Assembly: GCA_963812135.1 (NCBI GenBank)
Contig: CAWETU010000005.1
Location: forward strand, 128,001-192,000
DNA: 64,000 nucleotides
Source: Vulcanimicrobiota bacterium
GTDB lineage: Bacteria; Vulcanimicrobiota; Vulcanimicrobiia; Eremiobacterales; Eremiobacteraceae
Direction of reading: 5' to 3'
In this document: positions 27,601 to 36,556 of the stretch, one piece after another
Layout of the letters: the number at the start of each line of letters is the position of its first letter
Position numbering within the stretch: the first letter of the stretch is position 1
Program-made: the position numbers and the translations under genes
Notes under the pieces: generated by a model
Told to the model about the DNA's origin: nothing
What the model saw: only the letters and a program-made list of their open reading frames with translations
Databases searched by the model: none

Positions 27601-27818
27601 CCGATGAGCGCGTAGAATCCGTTGCCCCCGCTCACCGTCTTGGCGGTGCCGGAGGGCGCGGACGCCGAAACCTGAACACCGGCAAGCGGATGGCCCTGGG
27701 CATCGCTCGCGACGCCGTTGATGGCGCCCGTCGTGCCCGCAGTCGCGGGCGCGACGAGTGCGACGGCAGCGATGCAAAACACAAAAGCGACGAAACATAT
27801 GCGGATCTGCTGACGCAT
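24612..27818 (-). CDS. TonB-dependent receptor with N-terminal carboxypeptidase-regulatory-like domain
   Basis: Signal peptide, GTTGAING, SLPGV plug, YGLRYD, SPR, C-terminal aromatic beta-signal (FFISMKY). Confidence 0.88.
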   Translation of the reverse strand: MRQQIRICFVAFVFCIAAVALVAPATAGTTGAINGVASDAQGHPLAGVQVSASAPSGTAKTVSGGNGFYALIGLPLDTYIITFTKAGYQTNSVPGVTVTQDQPRRIDVVLQTGPRSLGTVTVRSAQSLVQPATTASSYTVNQRTLQDINGTPQDLNGFQAFNSLPGVTTDYAGYPVIRAGAENDLGYQLDGIDNTDPVTGQFLNAATLNGARSVQLATGGYDVATGNTNSGVINEVVKRGSYPGAGQATFRLGWHQYDHEISMDYGSGTPDNRFSYYLSFGGQRGATDYGDTNTLLPLTLGFQNNATLNDIIGNFFYRWGSDNRNEIQVLSNLSGSTLGFETLINPAQAPYASLNGNVQAGTNDLGFPCDPTPCLSLSTFDPLFPGQASVNQFINSVDTQTFNSTIDKLNYKRQFSPSSFGDLTLFRTSENLISSYPYDFGSFTDTYQDLNTVGLGVQFDYDNQISSHHEIGFGATDTYYSSLFKAAFPSFASIVEPLEGIGCPQLLATSNPGSGVGGCYIGPLNAQLNNLLGTTLPTSGPNAPLNTYPDSTSYSDSPIHRYDVYVKDRWQPNDKLTVTYGLRYDLEVIGLPADAVAQNVSYFTDDAGNIVELPGQALGSDVTRPSQLSPRIAVAFQLTARDVVRASYGTNIEFVPLSAVQDSYRLDPSLKNCTIASGCFVPLPGYSPTCVNGVDPANANANCNSFSNLYQQVLADLNTNNFQSFTPVTPQHAINYDFSYEHDFGRGLDLKITPYYRRGTNYVVTNSNFLFNLPSGTPVFGPLRSINAGINSNTGVEFAIQKQATFGFSGFFNATYDNTLANYNSDFFPSVNNAALAAGHLFHVSYVSPLTANLILAYDSRQGFHASVDMPFNDGYPYGVGKKTFVFVTCGQVPTCTGDPTATIPYQVLNTDLAATTSQQAYYFTDPANPGTMLAPNIVASRGTPEGDDPGSLRSPPVLLVNMSVSQDLGHGPNNFTVGVRVFNLTGNYTAPPTLGSGLSSGGSNPYYVPNGLGGYGPSSGVNTNACPPGVVNAFACEPFQNNYGPHPYENEAFGPPRQFTFFISMKY

Positions 27819-28048
27819 GCTGCGGCTCCCCCTACGAACAGGCGTGTGCCGCCAAGTTGACCACGCTGTCATGCGCTTCCTTGGCACGCGCGCGGCGTCG
27901 ACGCGATGCCGTAACATCGCTCTCATATTTCGATGATGGATTTTATCCATTCGGCGAGTCGCTGTTCCAGAGCCACCCGCTCCGAATGTTATGCGTTGAC
28001 CCCTGGCCTCGCCATCGAGGCGAACCGCCGCGTCGAGACTAACCTTCG

Positions 28049-28711
28049 GTGGTGAGCGATACACGTGCGCCCTTGAAACACGCGGATCCCGATCATACGG
28101 TCCGGCGCCTTGAGGCGTTCAGCGACATCGTCATCGCGTTCACACTCTCGGAGCTCGCGTTCACCTTGCAGATCCCGCACAGCACGCGCGATCTATTCGC
28201 ACACCCCGCCCATGTCTTGGTGTTTCTAGGGAGTTTCGTTTTCGTCTGCTCGTTCTGGTGGCTGCACCATCAGGTGTTCGCGCGCTTCTTCTATCCCGAC
28301 ACGCCTGGCATTCTGCTCAACTTCGCGTTTCTCGCCGCGGTGGTATTCGTCGCATATTCGATGCTGCTCGTGACGAAGGTCGGCGATCTGCAGGCGCTTG
28401 GGGTCTACGCGCTGAGTCTTGGAAGCGCGTATGTCCTCATCTCCATCCTTTTTGTGAAGGGAGCGCGCGATCCGCGCCTGGTTATCGATGAGGAGGCGCG
28501 CAGGTCGGGGATGGAGCGGGCGTTGCGGCTCGGCGTCGGGGGCACCGTGATGCTGGCCTCGTTCGCGCTCGTGTTGCTTGGCCGAACACAGGAGGAAGTC
28601 ACTGGCCTGTGGCTGCTCTCTGTCGCGCTGATCATCTTCTTAGCCGCGCGAGACCGAATCGCTCGTCGCCGGCGCGAGCGAGCGATGGTCCAACCGACGA
28701 CCGGTGCGTAG
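28049..28711 (+). CDS. TMEM175-family (DUF1211) potassium channel
   Basis: RLEAFSDIVIAF and WWLHH; about 6 TM. Confidence 0.85.
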   Translation: MVSDTRAPLKHADPDHTVRRLEAFSDIVIAFTLSELAFTLQIPHSTRDLFAHPAHVLVFLGSFVFVCSFWWLHHQVFARFFYPDTPGILLNFAFLAAVVFVAYSMLLVTKVGDLQALGVYALSLGSAYVLISILFVKGARDPRLVIDEEARRSGMERALRLGVGGTVMLASFALVLLGRTQEEVTGLWLLSVALIIFLAARDRIARRRRERAMVQPTTGA

Positions 28712-28714
28712 GCT

Positions 28715-29224
28715 CTAGGCGCTCGCGGTTTTGGGCGCCCGGCGCACGATCAGTGTGAGCAGTGCACCCGCGACAACCACCGCGAAAACGATCCATGCGA
28801 CGTTCGCCTCTGAAAGAACCGCCAGCGGTGCGATCGCGTCGAGCGAATACGCGCCGTAACCGGCAGCCGCAATCGCCAACGAGGCCGAGATGTTCGCGAG
28901 GTTGTACTCGTAGCCGCCGTTGGTCATCCAGAAGCCCTTGCTGATATGGACCGTGAAGATCGCGACGATCATCACAGCCACGATCAGGGCCGGGCCGACC
29001 GGGTTGAGCCAGCCGAGCAACACCAGCGCCCCGCCGCCGAACTCACCCAGGCCTGAGACGAACGCCCAAAAGACTCCCGGTTTCATCCCAAGGCCTTCGT
29101 AAAAGCCTCCGGTGCCTTTGAGTCCGTATCCGCCAAACCAACCGAAGAGTTTCTGTGCGCCGTGCGCGATGAAAATCCAGCCGAGCAGCACGCGCGCGAT
29201 CAAGAGAACGATGCTTGTAATCAT
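28715..29224 (-). CDS. DoxX family membrane protein
   Basis: HGAQKLFGWFGG, GEFGGG, GGYEY, GAYSLD. Confidence 0.92.
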   Translation of the reverse strand: MITSIVLLIARVLLGWIFIAHGAQKLFGWFGGYGLKGTGGFYEGLGMKPGVFWAFVSGLGEFGGGALVLLGWLNPVGPALIVAVMIVAIFTVHISKGFWMTNGGYEYNLANISASLAIAAAGYGAYSLDAIAPLAVLSEANVAWIVFAVVVAGALLTLIVRRAPKTASA

Positions 29225-29231
29225 GGCTTCG

Positions 29232-29314
29232 ATTATAGTAAGCCATGAGCTAAATTGGAAGTACTAACTTTTCTGTCATCCACTAGCATTTGTGAAACTT
29301 ACTTAAAGGTAACC
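29232..29314 (-). promoter_or_regulatory. Putative leaderless promoter and operator of the DoxX gene
   Basis: TATAAT (29237-29232) 7 nt before the ATG; dyad TTAC-N6-GTAA at 29299-29312 in an AT-rich tract. Confidence 0.45.
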
Positions 29315-29330
29315 ACCTTAGCTGCCGCTC

Positions 29331-30242
29331 TCAGCGAGCGCCGCGCCCGTGGCACTGGCTGCTCCCGTGGTCCGAAAACGAGTAGCCCGTGATGGGAATG
29401 AACTCCCAGTCATAACCATGCTTGTGCAAGGTCAAGAACATCACGCCGAACGTGCCCGACGCGCGCGCCTCGCTGTTCTTGTCAACCCGAAGGAAGAATG
29501 TGTGGCTACGCCCACCAGTGCCGACGACGAACTCTCGGACGCCCAATCGCGGGTCGGCATCGCCCATCGGCGTCTGCAACGCGTACCGTTCGTAATCATG
29601 ATCGTGACCGCCGAGCACGATGTCGGCATGCGCGGCGTACAGATCGTTCCAGAACGGCACGTAACCGCGATCGTCATGATGGAAGCCAGACGAAAAACGC
29701 GGTTGGTGCCAATACGCGAGCGTGCACCCCTGATGATCGGCTGCGAGATCGGAACGGAGCCACGTCTCCTGCCGCGATCCTGCACCGCAGCCGCCGACGA
29801 AATCGCAGTTGCCGTTGAGAGAGATCATGTGCCAGCCGGCAAGATCGAAGCTGTAGTATCCTCTTGATGGGTCGCCGGCGACCGCTCCGAAGTAGGTGAA
29901 ATAACCGTCCGCGTGCGGCCCCGAATAATATTCGTGGTTGCCGGGCGTGGGGCGCGTGATCGCTTTGAGGTGACCCCACGTTTTCGCGTAGCCTTGCTGG
30001 AACGCGACGAGCGCGCCATCTTCATACTGCTCGTCGCCGAGCGTGAGCACGGCGGCCAGTTTGCGATGCGCGACCAGCGCGTAGGTCTGGCTCGCCGAGC
30101 AGCCGCCAAGGATGTCCTCGATGTCGTGGACGCGCGTCGGCCGGGGATCGCACACGAGGTCGCCGACGGTCGCGATCACCGGATCTGGCGGCGGCGATGG
30201 CTTGGCCGTCGCGATGGCAAGCGACACCACGAGAGCGAGCAT
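29331..30242 (-). CDS. Secreted calcineurin-like metallophosphoesterase
   Basis: GD, GDEQY, GNHEY, HQP, GHDH motifs. Confidence 0.9.
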   Translation of the reverse strand: MLALVVSLAIATAKPSPPPDPVIATVGDLVCDPRPTRVHDIEDILGGCSASQTYALVAHRKLAAVLTLGDEQYEDGALVAFQQGYAKTWGHLKAITRPTPGNHEYYSGPHADGYFTYFGAVAGDPSRGYYSFDLAGWHMISLNGNCDFVGGCGAGSRQETWLRSDLAADHQGCTLAYWHQPRFSSGFHHDDRGYVPFWNDLYAAHADIVLGGHDHDYERYALQTPMGDADPRLGVREFVVGTGGRSHTFFLRVDKNSEARASGTFGVMFLTLHKHGYDWEFIPITGYSFSDHGSSQCHGRGAR

Positions 30243-30275
30243 GCGCTGGGGTTCAGCGCCGCCCTCGCGCGGTCC

Positions 30276-31577
30276 CTACCGTTTACGCAACCGATTGGCG
30301 AGGAAGAGCGCGACCAGCGTGACGCCGAGCCAGTACGGCGCGAACGCGACGAGGACGAGCAGCACCGACACCACGCCGAGCGTGTAGTTTCTGACCTTCT
30401 GCAGCGCGGCTTTCCAGGCGTCGTTGATCTGCGTGCCCATGCTGGGCTCAGCGGTCGCGACCGGCTGTTCGTCTTCGATGCCGATCGTGATGGTGGAATA
30501 CGCCACGCGATGCTCGAGCGATTGCAATTGGCCGTCGAGTTGCTCGATCTGCTCGCGCACCTGCGCGATCTGCTGCGTCACTTCAAGCACGTCGGGGATC
30601 TTGCCGGCGCGATCGAGGATGCGCAGCATGTCGGTTTCGGTGCGGCGCAGATTGCGCAGCCGTGCGCGGGCGTCGACGATCTGATCGGAGACGTTCTCAG
30701 CGCCGATCGTGCGTGACTGCACCGCGCCGAGCTTGCCGAGCGCTTCCATCGTTTGCTCAAAGCGGTCGGCCGGGACGGCGAGCTGCACGTCCGCCGTATG
30801 CCGGACGCCGGGCTGCGACGGAGTCTCGTCGTTGAGCGAGATCACGTCGCCGAATTGCACCTGCGCCAGCGCGTTGAGCTGCGCGAGCGCGCGCTCGACG
30901 TCTGGCACGATCAGATCGATGGTGCCGGTGCGGATGAGCTGCGGCCGCTGTCCGGCGGGCTGCACCGGCGTCGAGTTGAGTTTGAGGAGAGGAGCGGTTT
31001 GGCTCATTTCTCGAGCCATCGGAGCGGGGGCGGGAGCGGGACCACCGGCAGCGGCCGGCGCCGCGTTCTCAACGACACTGGTCGCCGAGCGCGTGGTCAC
31101 CGTGCCGAACGTCTTCGTCGGCTGGTTCACCGTGTAGGTGTCGGCCGTCGTACCGGGCGTGATCTCGGTCTGCGCTTGAGGTTTGACCTCATTGACCGCA
31201 GCGATCCGCCCTCCGACGCCGCCGAACGTCAAACGGACTGCGACGAACACGAGCGCGATCGCCAGCGCGGCCGGGACCAGTGCGGCGATCTTGCCGGGCG
31301 CCGACAGCTGCTGCCACCATTGGCGCAGCGAGAACGCCTGCTTAGATGTAGGAACTGATTCGAGGCGCGCGAGCGTCCGGCTCATCAACGACTCGGATGG
31401 GCCGGGCGCGTCCTGGTCGATCTCGTGCATCGCGGCATGGATGCGCTGCAGCTCGGCGAGGTCTGCGGCGCACAGCGGGCAGGACGCGAGCTCGGCCTCG
31501 ACCGCGGCGCGCTCGTGCGGCGGCAACGTGCCGTTGACGTACCACGGGAGCAATTCGGCGATAGTTTCGTGATTCAT
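30276..31577 (-). CDS. Anti-sigma factor (zf-HC2-like) fused to a DUF4349 domain
   Basis: ELLPWYVNGTL...ELASCPLC, TM helix, ENVSDQIVDARARL, IEQLDGQLQSL..RVAYSTITI, C-terminal TM. Confidence 0.85.
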   Translation of the reverse strand: MNHETIAELLPWYVNGTLPPHERAAVEAELASCPLCAADLAELQRIHAAMHEIDQDAPGPSESLMSRTLARLESVPTSKQAFSLRQWWQQLSAPGKIAALVPAALAIALVFVAVRLTFGGVGGRIAAVNEVKPQAQTEITPGTTADTYTVNQPTKTFGTVTTRSATSVVENAAPAAAGGPAPAPAPMAREMSQTAPLLKLNSTPVQPAGQRPQLIRTGTIDLIVPDVERALAQLNALAQVQFGDVISLNDETPSQPGVRHTADVQLAVPADRFEQTMEALGKLGAVQSRTIGAENVSDQIVDARARLRNLRRTETDMLRILDRAGKIPDVLEVTQQIAQVREQIEQLDGQLQSLEHRVAYSTITIGIEDEQPVATAEPSMGTQINDAWKAALQKVRNYTLGVVSVLLVLVAFAPYWLGVTLVALFLANRLRKR

Positions 31578-32152
31578 GACATCTCTCTCCGAACGCCCCT
31601 GCGCTCGAAGATCCGGCGCAGCTGTTGTTTCGCATAGAACACTCTGGTCTTCACGGTGTTGACGGGGCAGCCGACGATCGCCGCGATCTCCGCCTGCGAG
31701 CATCCGTTGGTGAATGTGAGTTCGAGGACCGCGCGGTGTTCGGGCGTCAATTCGCCGAGCGCGTCTGCGAGGCCGCGGCGGAAACTATCCGCGAGCGCGA
31801 CCGCTTCGGGGCCGGGGCTCGCGTCTTCCACGCCGGCGAGCTCGCGCAACTCGATGTGCTCGGGTGTGCGCCGGCGCAATGCGTCGATCGCTTTGTGGTG
31901 GGCGATCCCGAAGATCCATGTCGAGACTTTCGACTGCCCGCGAAAACGGGAGGCGCCCTTCCAGACGTCGAGCATCGTGTCGCCGGTCAGCTCCTCGGCG
32001 GTCTGCGGATCGCGGACCAGTCCGAGTAAAAAGCGATACAGACGGTGTTCGTAGGCCCGAAACAGCCGTTCGAACGCCGCGCGATCTCCGTTTGCCGTTT
32101 GCCGCAGCCACTCGGTCTCGAGTCGGACCTCGGCGTCCTGCGCTGATTGCAT
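31574..32152 (-). CDS. ECF RNA polymerase sigma-70 factor
   Basis: GDRAAFERL, AEEL..D, STWIFGIA, EIA.IVGCPVNTVKTR. Confidence 0.92.
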   Translation of the reverse strand: MQSAQDAEVRLETEWLRQTANGDRAAFERLFRAYEHRLYRFLLGLVRDPQTAEELTGDTMLDVWKGASRFRGQSKVSTWIFGIAHHKAIDALRRRTPEHIELRELAGVEDASPGPEAVALADSFRRGLADALGELTPEHRAVLELTFTNGCSQAEIAAIVGCPVNTVKTRVFYAKQQLRRIFERRGVRREMS

Positions 32153-32317
32153 CGTCCTCGCCTGTCGCGAGCTTCGCCCGGGTATTACGAATGAGTGGCG
32201 CAGCGGGCGGGCAGCGGACCACGCCACTCTGCACGATACGTCGCAATGGGGTCTCTACAAGGTTCATCGGCTCAAGGGCTTGCATGGTTAAATGATAGGT
32301 ACGAAAGAGGCGATTCC

Positions 32318-32809
32318 ATGAGCGTTCGCGCTGGCAGTTGGCTCTACCGATTCGATGAGACCGCGATCGGCTTCGTACGCGAACACGGAATCCTCGCCTT
32401 GCGGATCGCGCTCGCCGTGGTGTTCATCTGGTTCGGTGCGCTCAAGCTGTTCGGCGTCAGTCCGGTGGCGGATCTGGTCGCGCGGACGCTGCCGTTCCTC
32501 GCGCCCGATGTCGCCGTCAAAGGCATGGGCGCGCTTGAGCTGCTCATCGGCGCCGGCTTGCTCAGCGGCTGGGCGATCCGCGTGACGATGCTGATCTTCT
32601 TCTTGCAGATGCTCGGCACGTTCTTGGTGCTGATCCTCGAGCCCGAGCAATCGTTCCAGCACGGCAACCCACTGTTGCTCAGCGTGCAAGGGGAATTCGT
32701 CGTCAAGAATCTCGTGCTGATCGCCGCAGGCATCGTCATCGCAAGCGCCATCACGCCCGCGCGACCCCGCGAACCCGTCGCGCAGATGCTCACCGAAAAG
32801 CTCGACTAA
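32318..32809 (+). CDS. DoxX/DUF417-like membrane protein
   Basis: LRIALAVVFIWFGALK, SP, GEFVVKN. Confidence 0.8.
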   Translation: MSVRAGSWLYRFDETAIGFVREHGILALRIALAVVFIWFGALKLFGVSPVADLVARTLPFLAPDVAVKGMGALELLIGAGLLSGWAIRVTMLIFFLQMLGTFLVLILEPEQSFQHGNPLLLSVQGEFVVKNLVLIAAGIVIASAITPARPREPVAQMLTEKLD

Positions 32810-32899
32810 AGTCGCCCGAACGCAGGTGCGATGCAAGGGCGGGCCGCGACCCGGAGGGAACGCACAACGCCTGCAGACGATGATAGGGGTGAGAAAACC

Positions 32900-34588
32900 G
32901 TGATTGTCGACCACGACGTCCTGGTGCTCGGCGCCGGTCTCGCTGGTATGCGCGCAGCGCTCGAAGCCGGGCGCAATGGTGCAAATGTAGCCATCGTCAG
33001 CAAAGTCCACCCGGTCCGCAGCCACTCGGGCGCCGCACAAGGCGGCATCAACGCCGCCATCGGCGAGGGCGATTCGTGGGAAATCCACGCGCTCGACACC
33101 ATCAAAGGCTCGGACTACCTCGCGGATCAAGATGCCGTCGAGGTCATGTGCAGCGAAGCGCCCGGTGACATCATCGAGCTCGAGCACATGGGCGTCACCT
33201 TCTATCGCGGTCCGGACGGCAAGCTCGGCACGCGCGCCTTCGGCGGCGCCTCCAAGGCACGCACGTATTTCGTCGGCGACATCACCGGACAAGCGCTGCT
33301 CTACACGCTCTACGACCAGCTGCTCAAAGCCGGCGTCAAAGTGTACGAAGAGTGGTTCGCGACCTCGCTCTATATGGTAGACGGGCAATGTCGCGGCCTC
33401 GTCGCGCTCGACATGATGAATGGCGACCTCTCGCTGCTGCGCGCGAAGGCGGTCATCATCGCCAGCGGCGGCATGGGCCGCGTGTACGAGCCGAGCACCA
33501 ACGCGCTGATCTGCACCGGCGACGGCATCGCGCTCGCCTATCGCGCGGGCGCGCCGGTCATGGACATGGAGATGGTGCAGTACCATCCGACAACGCTCGC
33601 CGGATCCGGCTTCCTGATGACCGAAGCGGCGCGCGGCGAAGGCGCATATCTGCTCAATGCGAACAACGAGCGCTTCATGGAGAGATACGCGCCCAAGATG
33701 AAGGAGCTCGCGTCGCGCGACGTCGTGTCGCGCGCCGAGTGGCACGAGATCCATGAGGGGCGCGGCATCGACGGCAACGTGTTGCTCGACCTGCGCCATC
33801 TCGGACCGGACGTCATCCTGAAGAAACTGCCGCAGATCCACGAGATGGCGCTCGATTTTCTCAATATCGACATGCTCACAACGCCGGTGCCGGTGCGCCC
33901 GGGCATGCATTACATCATGGGTGGCGTGAAAACGGATGCCGGCGCGCGCGTGCCGCTGCCCGGCATGTACGCGGCCGGCGAGTGCGCGTGCGTCAGCGTG
34001 CACGGCGGCAATCGTCTCGGCGCGAACTCGTTGCTCGACACGCTCGTCTTTGGGCGCCACGCGGGCCGCAACTCGGTCGAATACGTCAAAACCGTTTCTG
34101 CGATGCCGTCTGACGCGGTGGGCGAGCAATTCTTGGCCGCCGAGCAAAAGCGCGTGCAAGCCTTGTTGGATCGTCCGACCACCGGTGAGACGCACGCCAA
34201 ACTGCGCTTGGAGCTTGGCACGCTGATGGACGAGAAGGTCGGCGTCTTCCGCGATGAGGCCGGGTTACGCGAGGCGCTCGCAGGCGTGCGCGATCTGCAG
34301 AAACGTTACCAGACGGTCGCGGTGCGCGACAAGGGCCGCATCTACAATCAAGCGCTCACGTTCGCGCTTGAACTTGGCTTCATGCTCGATTGCGCGGAGA
34401 CCACGATCGTCGGCGCGATGGATCGCAAAGAGAGCCGCGGCGCGCATTCGCGGACCGACTATCCGGAGCGCGACGATGCCAATTGGCTCAAGCATATCCT
34501 CATCACGCGGCGCGAAGGCCAAGACCCGGCGCTGAGTTATCTGCCCGTCACCATCACCAAATGGCCGCCGCAGGAGCGTAAATACTGA
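32900..34588 (+). CDS. sdhA: Succinate dehydrogenase/fumarate reductase flavoprotein
   Basis: GAGLAG, RSHSGAAQGG, QYHPT, ELASRD, HYIMGG, HGGNRLGANS, ESRGAH. Confidence 0.95.
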   Translation: MIVDHDVLVLGAGLAGMRAALEAGRNGANVAIVSKVHPVRSHSGAAQGGINAAIGEGDSWEIHALDTIKGSDYLADQDAVEVMCSEAPGDIIELEHMGVTFYRGPDGKLGTRAFGGASKARTYFVGDITGQALLYTLYDQLLKAGVKVYEEWFATSLYMVDGQCRGLVALDMMNGDLSLLRAKAVIIASGGMGRVYEPSTNALICTGDGIALAYRAGAPVMDMEMVQYHPTTLAGSGFLMTEAARGEGAYLLNANNERFMERYAPKMKELASRDVVSRAEWHEIHEGRGIDGNVLLDLRHLGPDVILKKLPQIHEMALDFLNIDMLTTPVPVRPGMHYIMGGVKTDAGARVPLPGMYAAGECACVSVHGGNRLGANSLLDTLVFGRHAGRNSVEYVKTVSAMPSDAVGEQFLAAEQKRVQALLDRPTTGETHAKLRLELGTLMDEKVGVFRDEAGLREALAGVRDLQKRYQTVAVRDKGRIYNQALTFALELGFMLDCAETTIVGAMDRKESRGAHSRTDYPERDDANWLKHILITRREGQDPALSYLPVTITKWPPQERKY

Positions 34589-35595
34589 TGCAATGGACCG
34601 TCGTCGTCGGCCGGTACAGCCCGCCCGGCGAACCGCAGCCCAAAGGGGAGCCCGGCGGCAAATTCCCGGCGCCGTATCAGAACGCGCCGCCGAAGACCTA
34701 CCAGACGTTCAAGGTGGACTTGCCGGATCACGCGATGGTGCTCGATGCGCTGATCGCGATCCGCGAGTATCAGGACGAGAGCTTGGGCGTGCGCTGCGCC
34801 TGCCGCAGCGCGATCTGCGGTTCGTGCGCGATGTGGGTCAATGGCCACGCGCGCTTGGTCTGCACCAGCAAACTGAGCGAACATTCTCCGGGCGGCAAGG
34901 TCACCGTCGAAGCGCCCCCGTCGATGCCGATCATCAAAGACCTCGTGTGCGACATGTCGGTGTTCTGGAAGAAGAATCGCTCCGTCAAGCCGTTCCTTGA
35001 GAACAAGCTTCCGATACCAGCCGGTGAGGAGTATCGCGTCCCCAACGAGTCGATGGAGAATCTCATCCAAGAGGTGGGCTGCATCTCGTGCGGCGCGTGT
35101 CTCATGGATTGCGAGTCGTTTGCCGTCAACCAAGACTTCACCGGCCCGGCGGCGCTCGCCAAGGCCTACCGCTATACGGCCGACCCGCGCGATGCAGAGA
35201 CGAACGCGCGCTTGGGCCAGTACAGCGAAGCCAACGGCGTGTGGGACTGCACGCACTGCTACGAGTGCGTGCAAGTATGTCCGAAAGGCGTCGCACCGCT
35301 CGACCAGATCCTCAAACTCCGAAAGATGGCTGTGGACGCCGGGTTCACCAACAACACAGGCACGCGCCACGCCGACGCGTTCGCCGAGTCGGTGCGCGAC
35401 AGCGGCCGGCTCAACGAGTTGACCCTCGTGCCCAAATCGCTCGGCTTGTTCAACATCCCGGCGCAGTTCGGGTCGCTGCCCGCGGCGTTCAACCTGTTGC
35501 GCGCCGGCAAGTTGCCCCCCATCATCCATCACAAGATCCCGCATCTCGAGCGGATCAAGAACATCTTCAAGAAGATCGGCGGAAGATTCAAATGA
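34588..35595 (+). CDS. sdhB: Succinate dehydrogenase/fumarate reductase iron-sulfur subunit
   Basis: CRSAICGSC, CISCGACLMDC, CTHCYECVQVCP. Confidence 0.93.
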   Translation: MQWTVVVGRYSPPGEPQPKGEPGGKFPAPYQNAPPKTYQTFKVDLPDHAMVLDALIAIREYQDESLGVRCACRSAICGSCAMWVNGHARLVCTSKLSEHSPGGKVTVEAPPSMPIIKDLVCDMSVFWKKNRSVKPFLENKLPIPAGEEYRVPNESMENLIQEVGCISCGACLMDCESFAVNQDFTGPAALAKAYRYTADPRDAETNARLGQYSEANGVWDCTHCYECVQVCPKGVAPLDQILKLRKMAVDAGFTNNTGTRHADAFAESVRDSGRLNELTLVPKSLGLFNIPAQFGSLPAAFNLLRAGKLPPIIHHKIPHLERIKNIFKKIGGRFK

Positions 35596-36476
35596 AAGTC
35601 GCGTTCTGGCCAGGCTGCGTCTCCAAAGGCGCGTGCCCCGAACTCTACGTCTCCACCCGCAAGGTGGCTGAGGCGCTCGGCATCGAGCTCGTCGAGCTGT
35701 ACGAAGCGGCCTGCACGGGCGCCGGCGTGCTCAGCGAGCAGAACCCGGCGCTTGCCGATTCGCTCAACGGGCTGACGCTCGCGATGGCCGAGAAAGTCGG
35801 CGCCGACTTGATGACCATCTGCTCGACGTGTCAAGGCGTGCTCAGCAATCACAACTATCATCTGAAGCGCGACCCGCAGCGCCTCCAAGCCGCAAATCTG
35901 GCGATGGCCGACAGCGGGTACGAGTATCACGGCACGACCGAAGTAAAGCATTTGCTGTGGCTGCTCGTCGAAGACGTCGGCCTCGACAAGATCCGATCGC
36001 TCGTCAAGGTCAAGCTCACCGGGCTGAAGATCGCGCCGTTTTACGGCTGCTACATCTTGCGGCCTTCGGAATACCTTGGCTTGAAAGAGCGGCCGGAACG
36101 CTCGACATACCTCGAGCAGCTGATCGAGATCGTCGGCGGCACGCCGGTCGAGTACATGGGCAAAACCAAATGCTGCGGCTTCCCGATGATCATGATGAAC
36201 AAGGACAAGTCGCTGGCGATGGGCGCCAACCACATCCTCGAGGCAAAAGACAAGGGCGCCGATCTCTTGGTGACGCCGTGCCCGCTATGCCATCTGAATC
36301 TGGATGCGCAGCAGCCCGATGCCGCGCGTGTCGTGAAAAAAGTGATCGACACGCCCATCTTCCATTTGCCGCAGCTGCTCGGGCTGGCGTTCGGCTACAC
36401 GCCCGAAGAGCTGCGTTTGAATCATCACGTCGTGCCGACCACGCGAGCGCTCGAAAAGGTCGAGCTCAAAGTCTAG
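35592..36476 (+). CDS. CCG-domain (HdrB-like/SdhE-type) anchor subunit
   Basis: FWPGC, CTG, CSTC, FYGC, CCG, PCPLCHLNLD; ATGA-coupled to sdhB. Confidence 0.88.
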   Translation: MKVAFWPGCVSKGACPELYVSTRKVAEALGIELVELYEAACTGAGVLSEQNPALADSLNGLTLAMAEKVGADLMTICSTCQGVLSNHNYHLKRDPQRLQAANLAMADSGYEYHGTTEVKHLLWLLVEDVGLDKIRSLVKVKLTGLKIAPFYGCYILRPSEYLGLKERPERSTYLEQLIEIVGGTPVEYMGKTKCCGFPMIMMNKDKSLAMGANHILEAKDKGADLLVTPCPLCHLNLDAQQPDAARVVKKVIDTPIFHLPQLLGLAFGYTPEELRLNHHVVPTTRALEKVELKV

Positions 36477-36478
36477 AC

Positions 36479-36502
36479 GTAGCGGTCGAATTTATTCGAC
36501 CG
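36479..36502 (+). repeat. GTAG-type REP-like palindrome, copy 1
   Basis: GTAGCGGTCGAATTTATTCGACCG; 23/24 identical to the reverse complement of 53516-53539. Confidence 0.65.
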
Positions 36503-36556
36503 AGCTTGACGCCTTGACCTAAGGTCATTCGCACGTGATATAATCCGCGTGCCAGC

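Noticed and set aside
32810..32899. Riboswitch upstream of sdhA
   Set aside because: Short region with no match to a consensus I recognise.
32288..34195. Long antisense ORFs (635 aa here; also 3991-5334, 26475-27860, 55094-56449)
   Set aside because: Shadow frames of well-supported genes in GC-rich DNA, with no recognisable motifs.
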